Assembly (NCBI RefSeq): GCF_963921235.1
Contig: NC_086097.1
Span: forward strand, 55,988,001 to 56,052,000
Origin: Mobula hypostoma
Lineage: Eukaryota
Direction of reading: 5' to 3'
DNA: 64,000 nucleotides
In this document: in pieces, positions 1 through 10,556 of the stretch
How positions within the stretch are numbered: the first letter of the stretch is position 1
How the letters are laid out: each line of letters opens with the position of its first letter
Translations under genes and position numbers: made by a program
The notes under the pieces: generated by a model
Told to the model about the DNA's origin: nothing
The model's input: only the letters and a program-made list of their open reading frames with translations
The model's database searches: none

Positions 1-159
1 GAGGATGAATGGGGAATGCCGCAGAAACCAGACTACCGACACTGAGCATAGGTCTGTGGTGCAGAAGAGAAAGAGGGAGAGGAGGGGAGGGGCAGTAATA
101 GGGACTCAATTGTCAGAGGAATTGACAGGAAATTCTGTGGACGTGAACGGGACACCCGG

Positions 160-594
160 ATGGTATGTTGCCTCCCAGGTGCCAAGGTTGAGGATGTCTC
201 GGATCGCGTCCACAGCATTTTGAAGGGGGAGAGAGACCAACCGGATGTCTTAGTACATATTGGTACCAATGGCACAGGAAGGAAAAGGAGAGACGTCCTG
301 AAGAGAGAACTTACAGAGCTAGGTAGAAAGCTGAGAAGCAAGATCTCCAAGGTAGTAATTTCTGGATTCCTACCTGTGCCACATGTCAGTGAGGGTAGAA
401 ACAGGATAATTTGGCAGATAAATGCACAGCTGAGGAGCTGGTACAGGGGGCAGGGCTTCAGGTTCTTGGATCATTGGGATCTCTTCTGGGGGAGGTATGA
501 CCTGTACAAAAGGAATGGGTTGCACCTGAACCTGAGGGGGACCAATATTTTCACGAACAGGTTTGTTGGAGCTGTTGGGAAGGGTTTAAACTAA
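160..594 (+). pseudogene. CR1 ORF1 SGNH-esterase-like C-terminal remnant
   Basis: CLPGAKV, VLVHIGTN, FRFLDHWDLFWGR, GLHLN motifs; homologous to ORF 62172-62621. Confidence 0.85.
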
Positions 595-792
595 TTTGGC
601 AGTGGGGTGGGAACCGGAGAGAAGAGATTCAGGATAGGACAATGATATAAAAGCAAAGATAGCGTGCAGCCAGACTGTCAGGAAGGGCAGGGAGATGATA
701 GGACAAAATTACAGCCAGCAGGGTAAATATCAGTGCATTAATGATACAAAATCAAAAAGGGCAGCAAATACAGTTCTCAAGGTGTTATATCT

Positions 793-956
793 TGAGATTG
801 ACAGGTATCTGAGTAGCCAGGGCATCAAAGGTTATGGTGAGAAGGCAGGGGAGTGGGACTAAATGGGAGAATGAATCAGCTCATGATAAAATGGTGGTGC
901 AGACTCGATGGGCCGAATGAACGACTTCTGCTCCTTTGTCTTATGGTCTTATGGTC
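793..956 (+). mobile_element. Short 3' CR1 fragment nested in the CR1 endonuclease start
   Basis: 3'UTR-like sequence ending in (GGTCTTAT)n; flanked by TTATATCT at 785-792 and 957-964. Confidence 0.85.
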
Positions 957-2041
957 TTATATCTCAATGCACGGAGTATAAGAAATAAGATGGAGGATTT
1001 TGTTGAATTTTTACAGAATGTCAGGAATAATGTTGTGCCCATCACTGAATCACTGAATCATGACTGAAGGATGGCTTTGTTTGGGAGCTGAATGTCCAAG
1101 GTTATACATTGTATCAGAGGCATAGGAAGGTAGGCAGAGGGGTTGGAGTGGCTCTGCTGATAAAAAATGCCATAGGATCGGAAGATGTTGAATACTTGTG
1201 GGTTGAGTTAAGAAACTGTAAGGGTAAAAGGACCATAATGGCAGTTATATACAGGCCTCCAAAAGGTAGCTGGGGTGTGGACTACAGATTACAATGGGAA
1301 ATAGAAAAAGTGTGTCAAAAGGGCAATGTTACGATAGTCATGGGAGATTGGGAAAATTAGGTTGGTAATGGATCTCAAGAGAGTGAATTTGATGAATGCC
1401 TATGAGATGGCTTTTTAAAGAAGTTTGTCATTGAGCCTACTAGGGGATCAGCTATACTGTACTGGACTGGGTGTTTTGTAATGAACTGGAGGCAATTAGG
1501 GAGCTTAAGGAAAAGGAACCGTTAGGAGGCAGTGATCACAATACGATTGAGTTCAACTTGAAATTTGATAGGGAGAAAGTAAAGTTTGACAAAGCAGTGT
1601 GGAGACGAGTTGAGAGAGGAGTTGGCCAAAGTGAATTGGAAGGAGATGCTGTCCGGGATGACAGAAGAGCAACAATGACTTGAGTTTCTGGAAAAGTGAG
1701 GAAGGTGTATTCCAAAAACAAAGAAATACTCAAATGGCAAAATAGTACAACAATGACTGACAAGGAAAGTCAAAGCTAATGTAAAAGCAAAAGAGAGAGC
1801 ATACAATAAAGCAAAAATTTGCAAGATGGTAGAGGATTGGGATGCTTTTAAAAACCTACAGAAAACAACTAAAAGAATTATTAGTAGGGAATAGATGGAA
1901 AAATGAAAGCAAGCTAGCAAACAATATCAAGGTGGACAGAAAAAACTTTTTCATGTATATGAAAAATAAAAGAGAGTTGAAAGTGGATATAGGACTGCTG
2001 GAAAATAAGGCTGGAGAAATAATAATGGGGGGAACAAGGAG

Positions 2042-2731
2042 ATGGTAGATGATCCAAATAAGTATTTTGCATCAATATTCACTGTGGAAGACACTAGCAA
2101 AGTGCCAAATGTTGAAATGTGTGAGGGAAGAGGAGTAAGTGCAGTTACTATTATAAGGGAGAAGGTGCTCAAAAAGCTGAAAGACCTAAAGGTACATATG
2201 TCACCCAGAGCAGACGAACTGCACCCAAGGATTCTGAAAGCAGTAGCAGTGGAGATTGTGGATGCATTAATATCAATCTTTCAAGAATCATTGGACATAC
2301 AATCATTGAGTAGGGTGGTTCATGGTTCAGGAGGACTAGACAATTGCAAAGTCAGTCCACCCTTTAAGAAAGGAGGAAGGCAGCAGAAAGGAAATTATAG
2401 ACTAGTTAGCCTGACCTCAGTGGTTGGGAAGATGTTAGAGTCAATTGTTAAGGATGAGGTTATGGAGTACCTGATGACTCATGGCAAGATAGGTCAAAGT
2501 CAGCATGGTTTCTTTAAGGGAAAATCTTGCCTGTTGAACCTGTTCGAAATCTTTGAGAAGATTACAGGTAGGATAGATAAAGGGAATGCAGTGGATGTAG
2601 CATATTTGGACTTTCAAAGGGCCTTTGACAAGGTGCCACACATGAGGCTGCTTAGCAAGTTAAGATTCCATAGTATTACAGAAAAGTTACTATTATGGTT
2701 AGACCATTGTTGTTTGGTAGGAGTCAACTAA
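2042..2731 (+). pseudogene. CR1 ORF2 reverse transcriptase fragment
   Basis: SPRADELHPRILK, KKGGRQQKGNYRLVSLTS, QHGF, DFQRAFDKVPH. Confidence 0.9.
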
Positions 2732-4940
2732 TGCGAATAAAAGGATCCTTTTCTGGTTGGCTGCTAGTCACTAGTGGTATTCGACAGGGGTCAGTGTTGG
2801 GACCGTTCTTTTTATGTTGTATTTCCAAGATTTAGATGTTGGAATAGATGGCTTTGTTGAAGTTTTCAGATTATACAAAGATTGATGGAGGGGTAGGTAT
2901 TGTTGAAGAAACAGGAAGGCTGCAGAAGAACTAAGACAGATTAGGAGAATGGGCAAGAAAGTGCCAAATGAAATAAATTATTGGAAAATACATGGTCATG
3001 CTCTTTGGACAAAGAAATAAATGTGCAGACTATTTTCTAAATGGGAAGAAAATTAAAAAATCTGAGATGTAAAGGGACTTGGGAGTAACTTGTAGGTTGA
3101 GTCAGTGGTGAGGAAGGTAAATGCAATGTTAACATTCATTTCAAGAGGTCTAGAATATAAGAGCAAAAATGCGATGCTGAGACTTCTTAGGCGTTGTTGA
3201 AGGTTTACCTTGAGTATTGTGAACAGTTTTGGGCTCCTTTTCTAAGAGCAGATGTGGTGGCATTGGAGACGGTTCAGAGGAGATTCACAAGGATGATTCC
3301 AGGAATGAAAGGGTTATCATATGAGGAATGTTTGATCGTTCTGGTCCCGTACTCACTGTAATTTAGAAGGATGAGTGGGGATCTCATTGAAACCTTTTGA
3401 ATTTTGAAAGGCCTAGAGAGATTAGACATTGAAAGGATGTCTCCAATAGTGAGGGAGTCTCGGACAACAGGGCACAGCCTCAGGATAGAGGGACATCCAG
3501 TTAAAACAGAGATGTGGAGAAATTTCTTTAACCAGAGAGTGGTGAATTTGTGGAATTTGTTACCACAGGCAACTGTGGAGGCCAGGTTGTCGGGTGATGT
3601 AAAGCCAGAAATTGATTAACTTTTTGATTGGCCATGGCATCAAAGATTACGGGGAGCAGGACGGGGAGTGCGGCTGAGGAGGGGGTAAAAGGATCAGCCA
3701 TGATTGAATGGCAGAGCAGACTCGATGGGTCAAATGGCCTAATTCTGCTCCTATGTCTTATGGTCTTATAGGTTAATATGTGTTATGGTGTTACGTATAC
3801 CACAATGCTTTACACTCTGGTATGGAGAAACATCTTGCTTGAAGGCGTATATAGTTAAACCACAATAAACTTGACTTCACCAATCAAAGGTGCAGCAATG
3901 GGAACTTGCATAGGTCTAAACAACGTCCTTCTCCTGTAGAACTTGTGGAGCATTTGTCTATTACTTTAATTATCTAATGCTCGCTCAAGATGAGCTTTCT
4001 ACTTTTGGCCCCTCATCTGTGGTTCCCCTCTTGACTTAATTTTACAATTTCAAATATCCAGCCTCTCTAGTTGTTATCAGAATTGACTAATTCTGAAATA
4101 AGATCATCAATCAGTATGTTAACTCAGCATTGTCTCTCCATTAATCCTGCTGAACTGCTGCTGTGCTTTGCATCTCCTATTTCCAGAACTATGAGTCTTT
4201 AGTTCATCTTCTCTGTTCTCATTCATTTTTCTCTATGAAACATAGGACAGTGTAGTATAGTATGGGCCCTTCAGCCCACAACTTTGTGCTGACCTCTCTA
4301 ACCCTTCCCTCCTACACAGCCCATAACCCTTCATTCGTTTTACATCCATTTGTCTATCTAAGAGCCTCTTATTTTCTTAAATTCCCTATTTCCTTAAATT
4401 TCCTTCCAATAGATCAAGTATACTTAACAAGCATCACCACCCTCTCTCAGTTGGCACTAACACCAGCAGTGCCATTTGGATTCTCTTGTCTCCATAGACA
4501 ATTCCTTTGTCCTCTCCAACCTTCTATTTTCCTGCAACTTAAAATGCATTTAGTATCTGGTTTGGATGAAAGGTCATTAATCTGAGATATTGATTCTTTC
4601 TCACTCCACAAGTACTGCATGCCTGTTCCAGCAATATGCTTTTGATATTGTTTTTATTTTAGATATCTAATATTACTTTCAGGAAGTAACACAGTTTTTG
4701 ACCTAATTCATAAAAACATATGAGAAATTCCTTGTTGGCTCCTCAGGGCAGCAAAGTCTCCAGATCTTTTCTGGGTCAGAACAATGGATTCTAATATCCC
4801 GCCCAGCCAAGACACTAAATCAGAATCAGAATCAGGTTTATTTTCACCGACTATGTTGTGAAATTGGTTGTTTACGGCAGCAATACTATAGGTTATAATA
4901 AGAAATATTTTTAAAATAAGTACTGCAAAAAGAAAAGCAG

Positions 4941-6085
4941 GAAAACAGCATCCATCATCAGGGACCCCCACCTCAAAGGCCATGTTCTCTTCTCCCTTCT
5001 GCCATCAGGAAGAAGGTACAGGAGCCTCAGGACTCACACCACCAGGGTCAAGAACAGTTATTACCCCTCAACCATTAAGCTCTTAAACCAGTGGGGATTA
5101 TTTCACTCAACTTCGCTCACCCCACCATTAAAATGTTCCGACAACCATGGACTCACTTTCAAGGACTCTTCATCTCGCATTCTCAATATTTACTGCTTAT
5201 TTATTTATTTATTTTTTATTATTGCTTTTTTTTTGTATCTGTATAGTTTGTTGTCTTCTGTACACTGGTTGAAGATCCAAGTTGGTGCGATCTTTTATTG
5301 ATTCTATTATGGTTATTATTCTTATATGGATTTATTGGGTATGCCTGCAAGAAAATGAAACTTAGGGTTGTATATAGTGTCAGGTTTTTGGATCATTGGG
5401 ATCTCTTCTGAGGGAGGTATGACATATTCAAAAGTGATGGGTTGCACCTGTACCCAAAGGAGACCAATGTTCTTGTGGGCAATATTCTCAAAGTGCTATA
5501 TTCAGTGCATGAAGTATAAGAAATAAGGTGAATGATCTTTTTGCACTATTACAGATTGTCAGGTATGATGTTGTGGCCATTACTGAATCTTGGCTGAAGG
5601 ATGGTTGTAGTTGGAAGCTGACTGTCTAAGGTTACACGTTAAATCGGAGCTATAGGAAGGTAGGCAGAGGATGTGGTGTGGCCCAGGCCAGACGAACTGC
5701 ACCCTAGGGTTTGGAAAGAGATAGCAGGAGAGATTGTGGAGGCATTAGTAATGATCTTCCAAAAATCATTGGACTCTGGCATGGTGCCAGAGGACTGGAA
5801 AGTTATAAATGTCATTTTACTATTTAAGAAAGGAAGAAGACAGTAGAAAGCTAATTATAGACAGGTTATCCTGACCTCAGTGGGTGGGAAGATGTTGGAG
5901 TCAATTGTTAAGGATGATGTTGTGGAGAAGACTGGGGAGTGGGGCTGAGGAGGGGAAAAAAGGGATCAGCCATGATTGAATAACGGAACAGAGTCAAAGG
6001 GCCAAATGGCCTAATTCTGTTCCTATGTCTTATGGTCTTATGACATATATGTACTTAGATAATAAATTTACGTTGAACTTTGAAA
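4941..6085 (+). mobile_element. Rex1/Babar LINE 3' fragment interrupted by a condensed CR1
   Basis: Encodes DPH..GHVLFSLLPSGRRYRSL-type C-terminus; tail resumes at 6043 (ACATATATGTAC...AATAAATTTAC.TTGAACTTTGAA); same family as 36585-37230. Confidence 0.85.
5380..6042 (+). mobile_element. Internally deleted CR1 (four collinear segments)
   Basis: ORF1 end, endonuclease start, RT start and 3'UTR/tail joined in order within ~660 bp; each segment matches the 1-3770 copy. Confidence 0.85.
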
Positions 6086-7948
6086 AGTGAGCAAAATAGT
6101 GGGGTAGTGTTCATAGGTTCAATGTCCATTCAGAAATCTGATGGCAGAGGGGAAGAAGCTGTTCCTCAAATGTTAAGTGTGTGTTTTCAGGCTCTTCCCT
6201 AGTGATGCACATTTTAAAAAATACCAGTTTACTGACTGGGCACAAATTTGAAATATTTGGTCTCACTCTAAGAAATATTTAATTGCACTTACTGTTAGAG
6301 AGGAATAGAAGCATTAAATTCATTTATATACAAGATATACTCCAACTCTCCCTCCAGTGCTCACCCCAAAAGCCCCATCCCAATTTCTATGGATTAGAAG
6401 CCATCAGGTACAGAGCAATCTTTCCTCAATTAGTCTATCAATATCCCTATCAATTCTGAACATGAAGTCGACCCTTCAATTCCTATACTCCATGAGAATA
6501 CTGACAGCTTTTCAAATGTCCACATATCTGAAGCTCCTCATGCATGGTATCATTAGTATTTGCACTTTTTGATATCTTTAGGTGGAGTAGCATTGTAAAA
6601 TGACATCCACAGGGTCTAATATGAAATATAGTTGCCTTTCTTTGTCCCAAATGCTTCTCAAACAGACCTATACAGCCATATAATTCAACAAGGTGTATTT
6701 TGGCATTTCATGTGGAAAGAAAAAACTGACTGGCTCTTCTTTCTCCTACGACCTCTTGAAAAAAATAGTTTAAAAACTGGAGAAAAAAAATCAAAGACCA
6801 TCTTTGATTGATGTTGAAATGTAGTTCCCCGAATAGTGTATAATATTACTGTTAAAACAAATAAGCAGATCGATTGACTGGTCTCCTTTCTTTAAGGGTC
6901 TTTGAACAATAACATTAAGAGAAGAAAATGTGTTAAGAAATGAGGATTAAGTCTCAGTCACTGTAGGTCAATAAATTGCATCAGCCAAATTGGATTTCGT
7001 TGGTAAGTACTTTCCAAAGCCTACTAAAAATTATCTGAAGAACATAATACTGTAGCTTGGTGGTTTCTTTGAAATCTCTCATCTATAAATCATAGCGCAA
7101 TTGTAATGCAATTAATTTCAGAGATAATTTGTCAGTTGAAGTCTATGACATTCTCAATTGTTTAGGTACTTTTTCATTAGGATAAAAATACAAGAACTTT
7201 TTAAACAATCTAAGCTTGGCTTCCTTTATTGAACTACTATTTTAGCACTTAAAAGAAATTACCAATTATTAAAATCAATTCAAAATATTATTTTGCACAC
7301 ATATGCTAAAAATAGCTGTACTTTTGAGATGAGGAAACTTTAATATTTATAGAACAAAAGAGTTGAGAAAATTCTGCATGTAAAATAGAATTTTGGGCAG
7401 AAGCCAACCAGGCTATCCATCAAGTGAGTGAAAATCCTCTCAATGGAACCAAAAAGTATAATACTTTGCCTCAAAAGGGATGATTCATTTTACTAGCCAT
7501 GCAAATTAAATGATCTTTGCATAGAATTCCCTTTGCAATACTTGGTCCAAATTTTGCAGTTGTAATAAAGGCAAAGCTGATGGTGTTTGGCATCATTACA
7601 CCATGAAAATAACAAGAGCTTTAGTATTTCTAGACATGCGCGGTTTACTATGGAAACCCTAATTTTGTTGTCACAGGTTCAGTATGGGATGTGGTGCTTT
7701 GCAGTCTTCTGCAGCATAATGAACAAAAACCAATGAATTAATAAGTAGTTCAAGTATCGACAAACTGCCATCAATACTCTGAAAATGTTTCAAATTGTTG
7801 CATGAGGTGTAATCTTAATGTCTTCTTGTCATAATTACTGTTTAGCAAACTCTCTGGCCACTAAACAAACTAATTTTATCCACGTGGATTATAATCCCTT
7901 CAAAAGGAGTTCAAAACATGTGGACAGTCAATCGATGTTTTCAATGAA

Positions 7949-8127
7949 GAAAATTACAGATACTGAAAAGAAAACAAAAAAAAAGCAAAAGTGCTGGAAA
8001 AATTCAGCCAGTTAAGCAGTATTTGTGGAAAGGTAAACCAGATCAACTGCTTTCTCGTTCCACAGATGTTGCTCGACTGGCTAAGTGCTTCTAGAATTTG
8101 CTTTTGTTGTATTTCTGCATAATTTTC
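7949..8127. mobile_element. Old palindromic (head-to-head) PLE terminal-repeat derivative
   Basis: Left arm GTGCTGGAAAAATTCAGCCAGTTAAGCAGTATTTGTGGAA is the imperfect reverse complement of TTCCACAGATGTTGCTCGACTGGCTAAGTGCTTCTAGAAT; resembles the PLE terminus at 53260. Confidence 0.6.
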
Positions 8128-8457
8128 AAGAAAATTCAGATGTGTACAAGTTCCAAGGAATTATGCAGAATAATAGCATTGTACAATTACAGTTAGTCAG
8201 ACAGTACACAATTATAGATACTCCTTCATGTGGAAGACATAAAAAGGAAGCCAGTTAAACTTGCGTAGGTACCAGGTCAGAGTGGTATCAGCCAAGAGGA
8301 GCCGAATGGTGGGGTTGGGGACGAAGCTGGGTAGAAATCAGGATCAATCAGTACAATTAAGGCAAGGGCTACAAACAGACAATAAAAACAGAAGATACTG
8401 GAAAAACTCAACAGATCAGGCAGATGGAAGTGGAACAGTTAATGTTAAAGGTAAGAT

Positions 8458-8600
8458 GGTCCTGAGTTCAAACCAAGCCTGGACAGCAGCAGTATCTGTG
8501 TGGAAGAAAGACCTGGCCATCTGCTTCCATGAAAAGCCTATGGACCCTATGGTCCATGAGGTCACGAAGAGTGGCACTCAACTTAACGACTGAGCAGCAA
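8458..8600 (+). mobile_element. Short SINE-like element with B-box and RTE/BovB-type 3' tail
   Basis: GAGTTCAAACC at ~8464; tail GTCCATGAGGTCACGAAGAGTGGCACTCAACTTAACGACTGAGCAGCA. Confidence 0.55.
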
Positions 8601-8711
8601 ATAATATCTATGATTGTCATAGTAAGAGATATTTCTGGAGAAGATCGCAGAATGAATGGGTATTAAAATAAGTTCATATAAGAATTTCACTTATATTATT
8701 TACCATATCGG

Positions 8712-9058
8712 CTGTGGTCAGCTGCTTCCAAAGCATCAGCAAGTTGACAGTGCCTGGAGGTTTATGGCAGGGAGTTTCTCCCTTTTACCGCCGCTATCGG
8801 GGACTCGGAAGCCAATTGACTCAGAACTTTGAGACTTATTTTTACTGTGCCCATGGTCTGTTCTTCATCAAATTATGGTATTGCTTTGCACTGCTGTAAC
8901 TATATGTTAGAATTATGTGGTTCTGTCAGTGTTAGTCTTTGGTTTGTCCTGTTTTCTGTGATATCACTCCGGAGAAACATTGTATCATTTCTTAATGCAT
9001 GTATGCATTTCTAAATAACAATGAAAAGAGGACTGAGTGTTCTCATAATCTAAAAAAA
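8712..9058 (+). mobile_element. Probable non-autonomous element with a Rex1-like 3' tail
   Basis: CpG-richer head, T-rich body, ends ...CCGGAGAAACATTGTATCATTT...ACAATGAAAAGAGG and an A-run; family assignment by resemblance only. Confidence 0.4.
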
Positions 9059-9803
9059 ATATATGATGAGGAAAATGTATGTGGAGGTGATAGGATGTAA
9101 ACCACAATCACAAATTACACAACTCAAGCAATTTAATTTCTTATTCATTTCATTGATTACATTGGTTCTACAACCATCTACCTCCCAAGATTATATAGCA
9201 TTCCAAATGAGATTTATCAGATTAAATGTCTGAATAAAAGAAGAACCCACCTAAGCTTACTGTTAAGTTCACCCATCCAACTTTCTATGGATAGAAACCT
9301 TTGTTATAATGTGCTTCCATCTTGCCTGAGCATTGGGGTTTCCTTCCCATAACTTTGACCACATCTTAGACTTGGCTCCTACTTTTTGTGAGTTTCCATG
9401 CATGTGCTGCTCCACAGTCTCCCTCTGCTCAGCCATTTCTTGTGCTTATGGTGCATGACCATTCAGGCTTGTGCTGGCTCTGGCATCTCATCAAACACTC
9501 CTAATCCCTTGCTTTTCCACCTCTGTCCTTTCCCTAGACACTGGTGGCATCGACCCTCTATTCCAAATTTTGCTGCAATCATCATCTGATAGGGAAGGGA
9601 AGGTGTAGAACAATTTACCAATATTTAATTTACTTTCACTTTGCACTTGTTTGTAGCATAATTTATGACAACCTGTAAAACCATTGTTGTGGAAATAGCT
9701 AATCACATCTCCTTTGATGGTTTCACAGCCCAGCTCAGTAAGTGACAGTCACATTCCCTGCACAAGAGGAATATCTCATGGAAAAGAAGTAGAACAAACC
9801 ACA

Positions 9804-10556
9804 GCAGCACACACAAAATGCTGATGGAATGCAGCAGGCCGGACAGCATCCATAGGAAGAAGCACAGTCGAAGTTTCAGCCTGAGACCCTTTGTCAGGAC
9901 TAACTGAAAGAAGAGATAGCACAAGATTTGAAAGTGGGAGGGGGAGGAGGAGATCCGAAGTGATAGGAGAAGACAGGAGGGGGAGGGATGGAGCTAAGAG
10001 CTGAAAAGTTGATTGGCAAAAGGGATACAAGGCTGGAGAAGGGAGAGGATCATGGGACGGGAGGCTTAGGGAGAAAGAAAGGGGGAGGGAAGCACCAGAG
10101 GAAGATGGAGAGCAGGAAAGGAGTTATTGTGAGAGGGACAGAGAGAGAAAAAAGAGAGAGAAAAAAAAGGGATAAATAAATAAATAAATAAGGGTTGGGG
10201 TAAGAATGGGAGGAGAGGCATTAACGGAAGTTAAAGAAGTCAGTGTTCATGCCATCAGGTTGGAGGCTACCCAGACGGAATATAAGGTGTTGTTCCTTCA
10301 ACCTGAGTGTGGCTTCATCTTTACAGTAGAGGAGGCCATGGATAGACGTATCAGAATGGGAATGGGATGTGGAATTAAACACTCCCACTTTCAAATCTCT
10401 TACTATCTCTTCTTTCAGTTAGTCCTGATGAAAGGTCTCGGCCTGAAACGTCAACTGTGCTTCTTCCTATGGATGCTGTCTGGCCTGCTGCGTTCCACCA
10501 GCATTTTGTGTGTGTTGATTGAATTTCCAGCATCTGTAGATTTCCTCGTGTTGGCG
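9804..10556 (-). mobile_element. 5'-truncated Penelope-like element with inverted terminal repeat
   Basis: GIY-YIG C-terminal coding remnant 10222-10378 (homologous to 53692-53850); 9804-9940 is inverted at 10380-10518; TSD AGAACAAACCA(C/T)A at 9791-9803 and 10557-10569. Confidence 0.9.
10421..10456 (+). ncRNA. Minimal hammerhead ribozyme motif, partly decayed
   Basis: AGTC-CTGATGA-AAGGTCTCGGCCT-GAAAC-GTC-AACT; core intact, one mismatch each in stems I and II. Confidence 0.6.

Larger units (their letters stand above)
1..3770 (+). mobile_element. CR1-clade LINE, long decayed copy running off the left edge (ORF1 esterase, ORF2 endonuclease + RT, 3' tail)
   Basis: ORF1 160-594 (VCCLPGA, VHIGTN, GLHLN); endonuclease remnants 1109-1360 (LWVELRN, IYRPP, MGD) and SDHN near 1530; RT 2042-2731 (NYRLVSLTSVVGKMLE, QHGF, YLDFQRAFDKVPH); GGTCTTAT-type tail near 3755-3770; many stops and frameshifts. 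Confidence 0.95.
4817..6200 (-). mobile_element. Rex1/Babar LINE 3' end, split into 4817-4940 and 6085-6200 by nested insertions
   Basis: (AATCAG)n tail followed by GTTTATT at ~4817; GGCAGAGGGGAAGAAGCTGTTCCT at ~6143 is the reverse complement of the Rex1 C-terminal segment seen at ~17756-17779. Confidence 0.75.
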
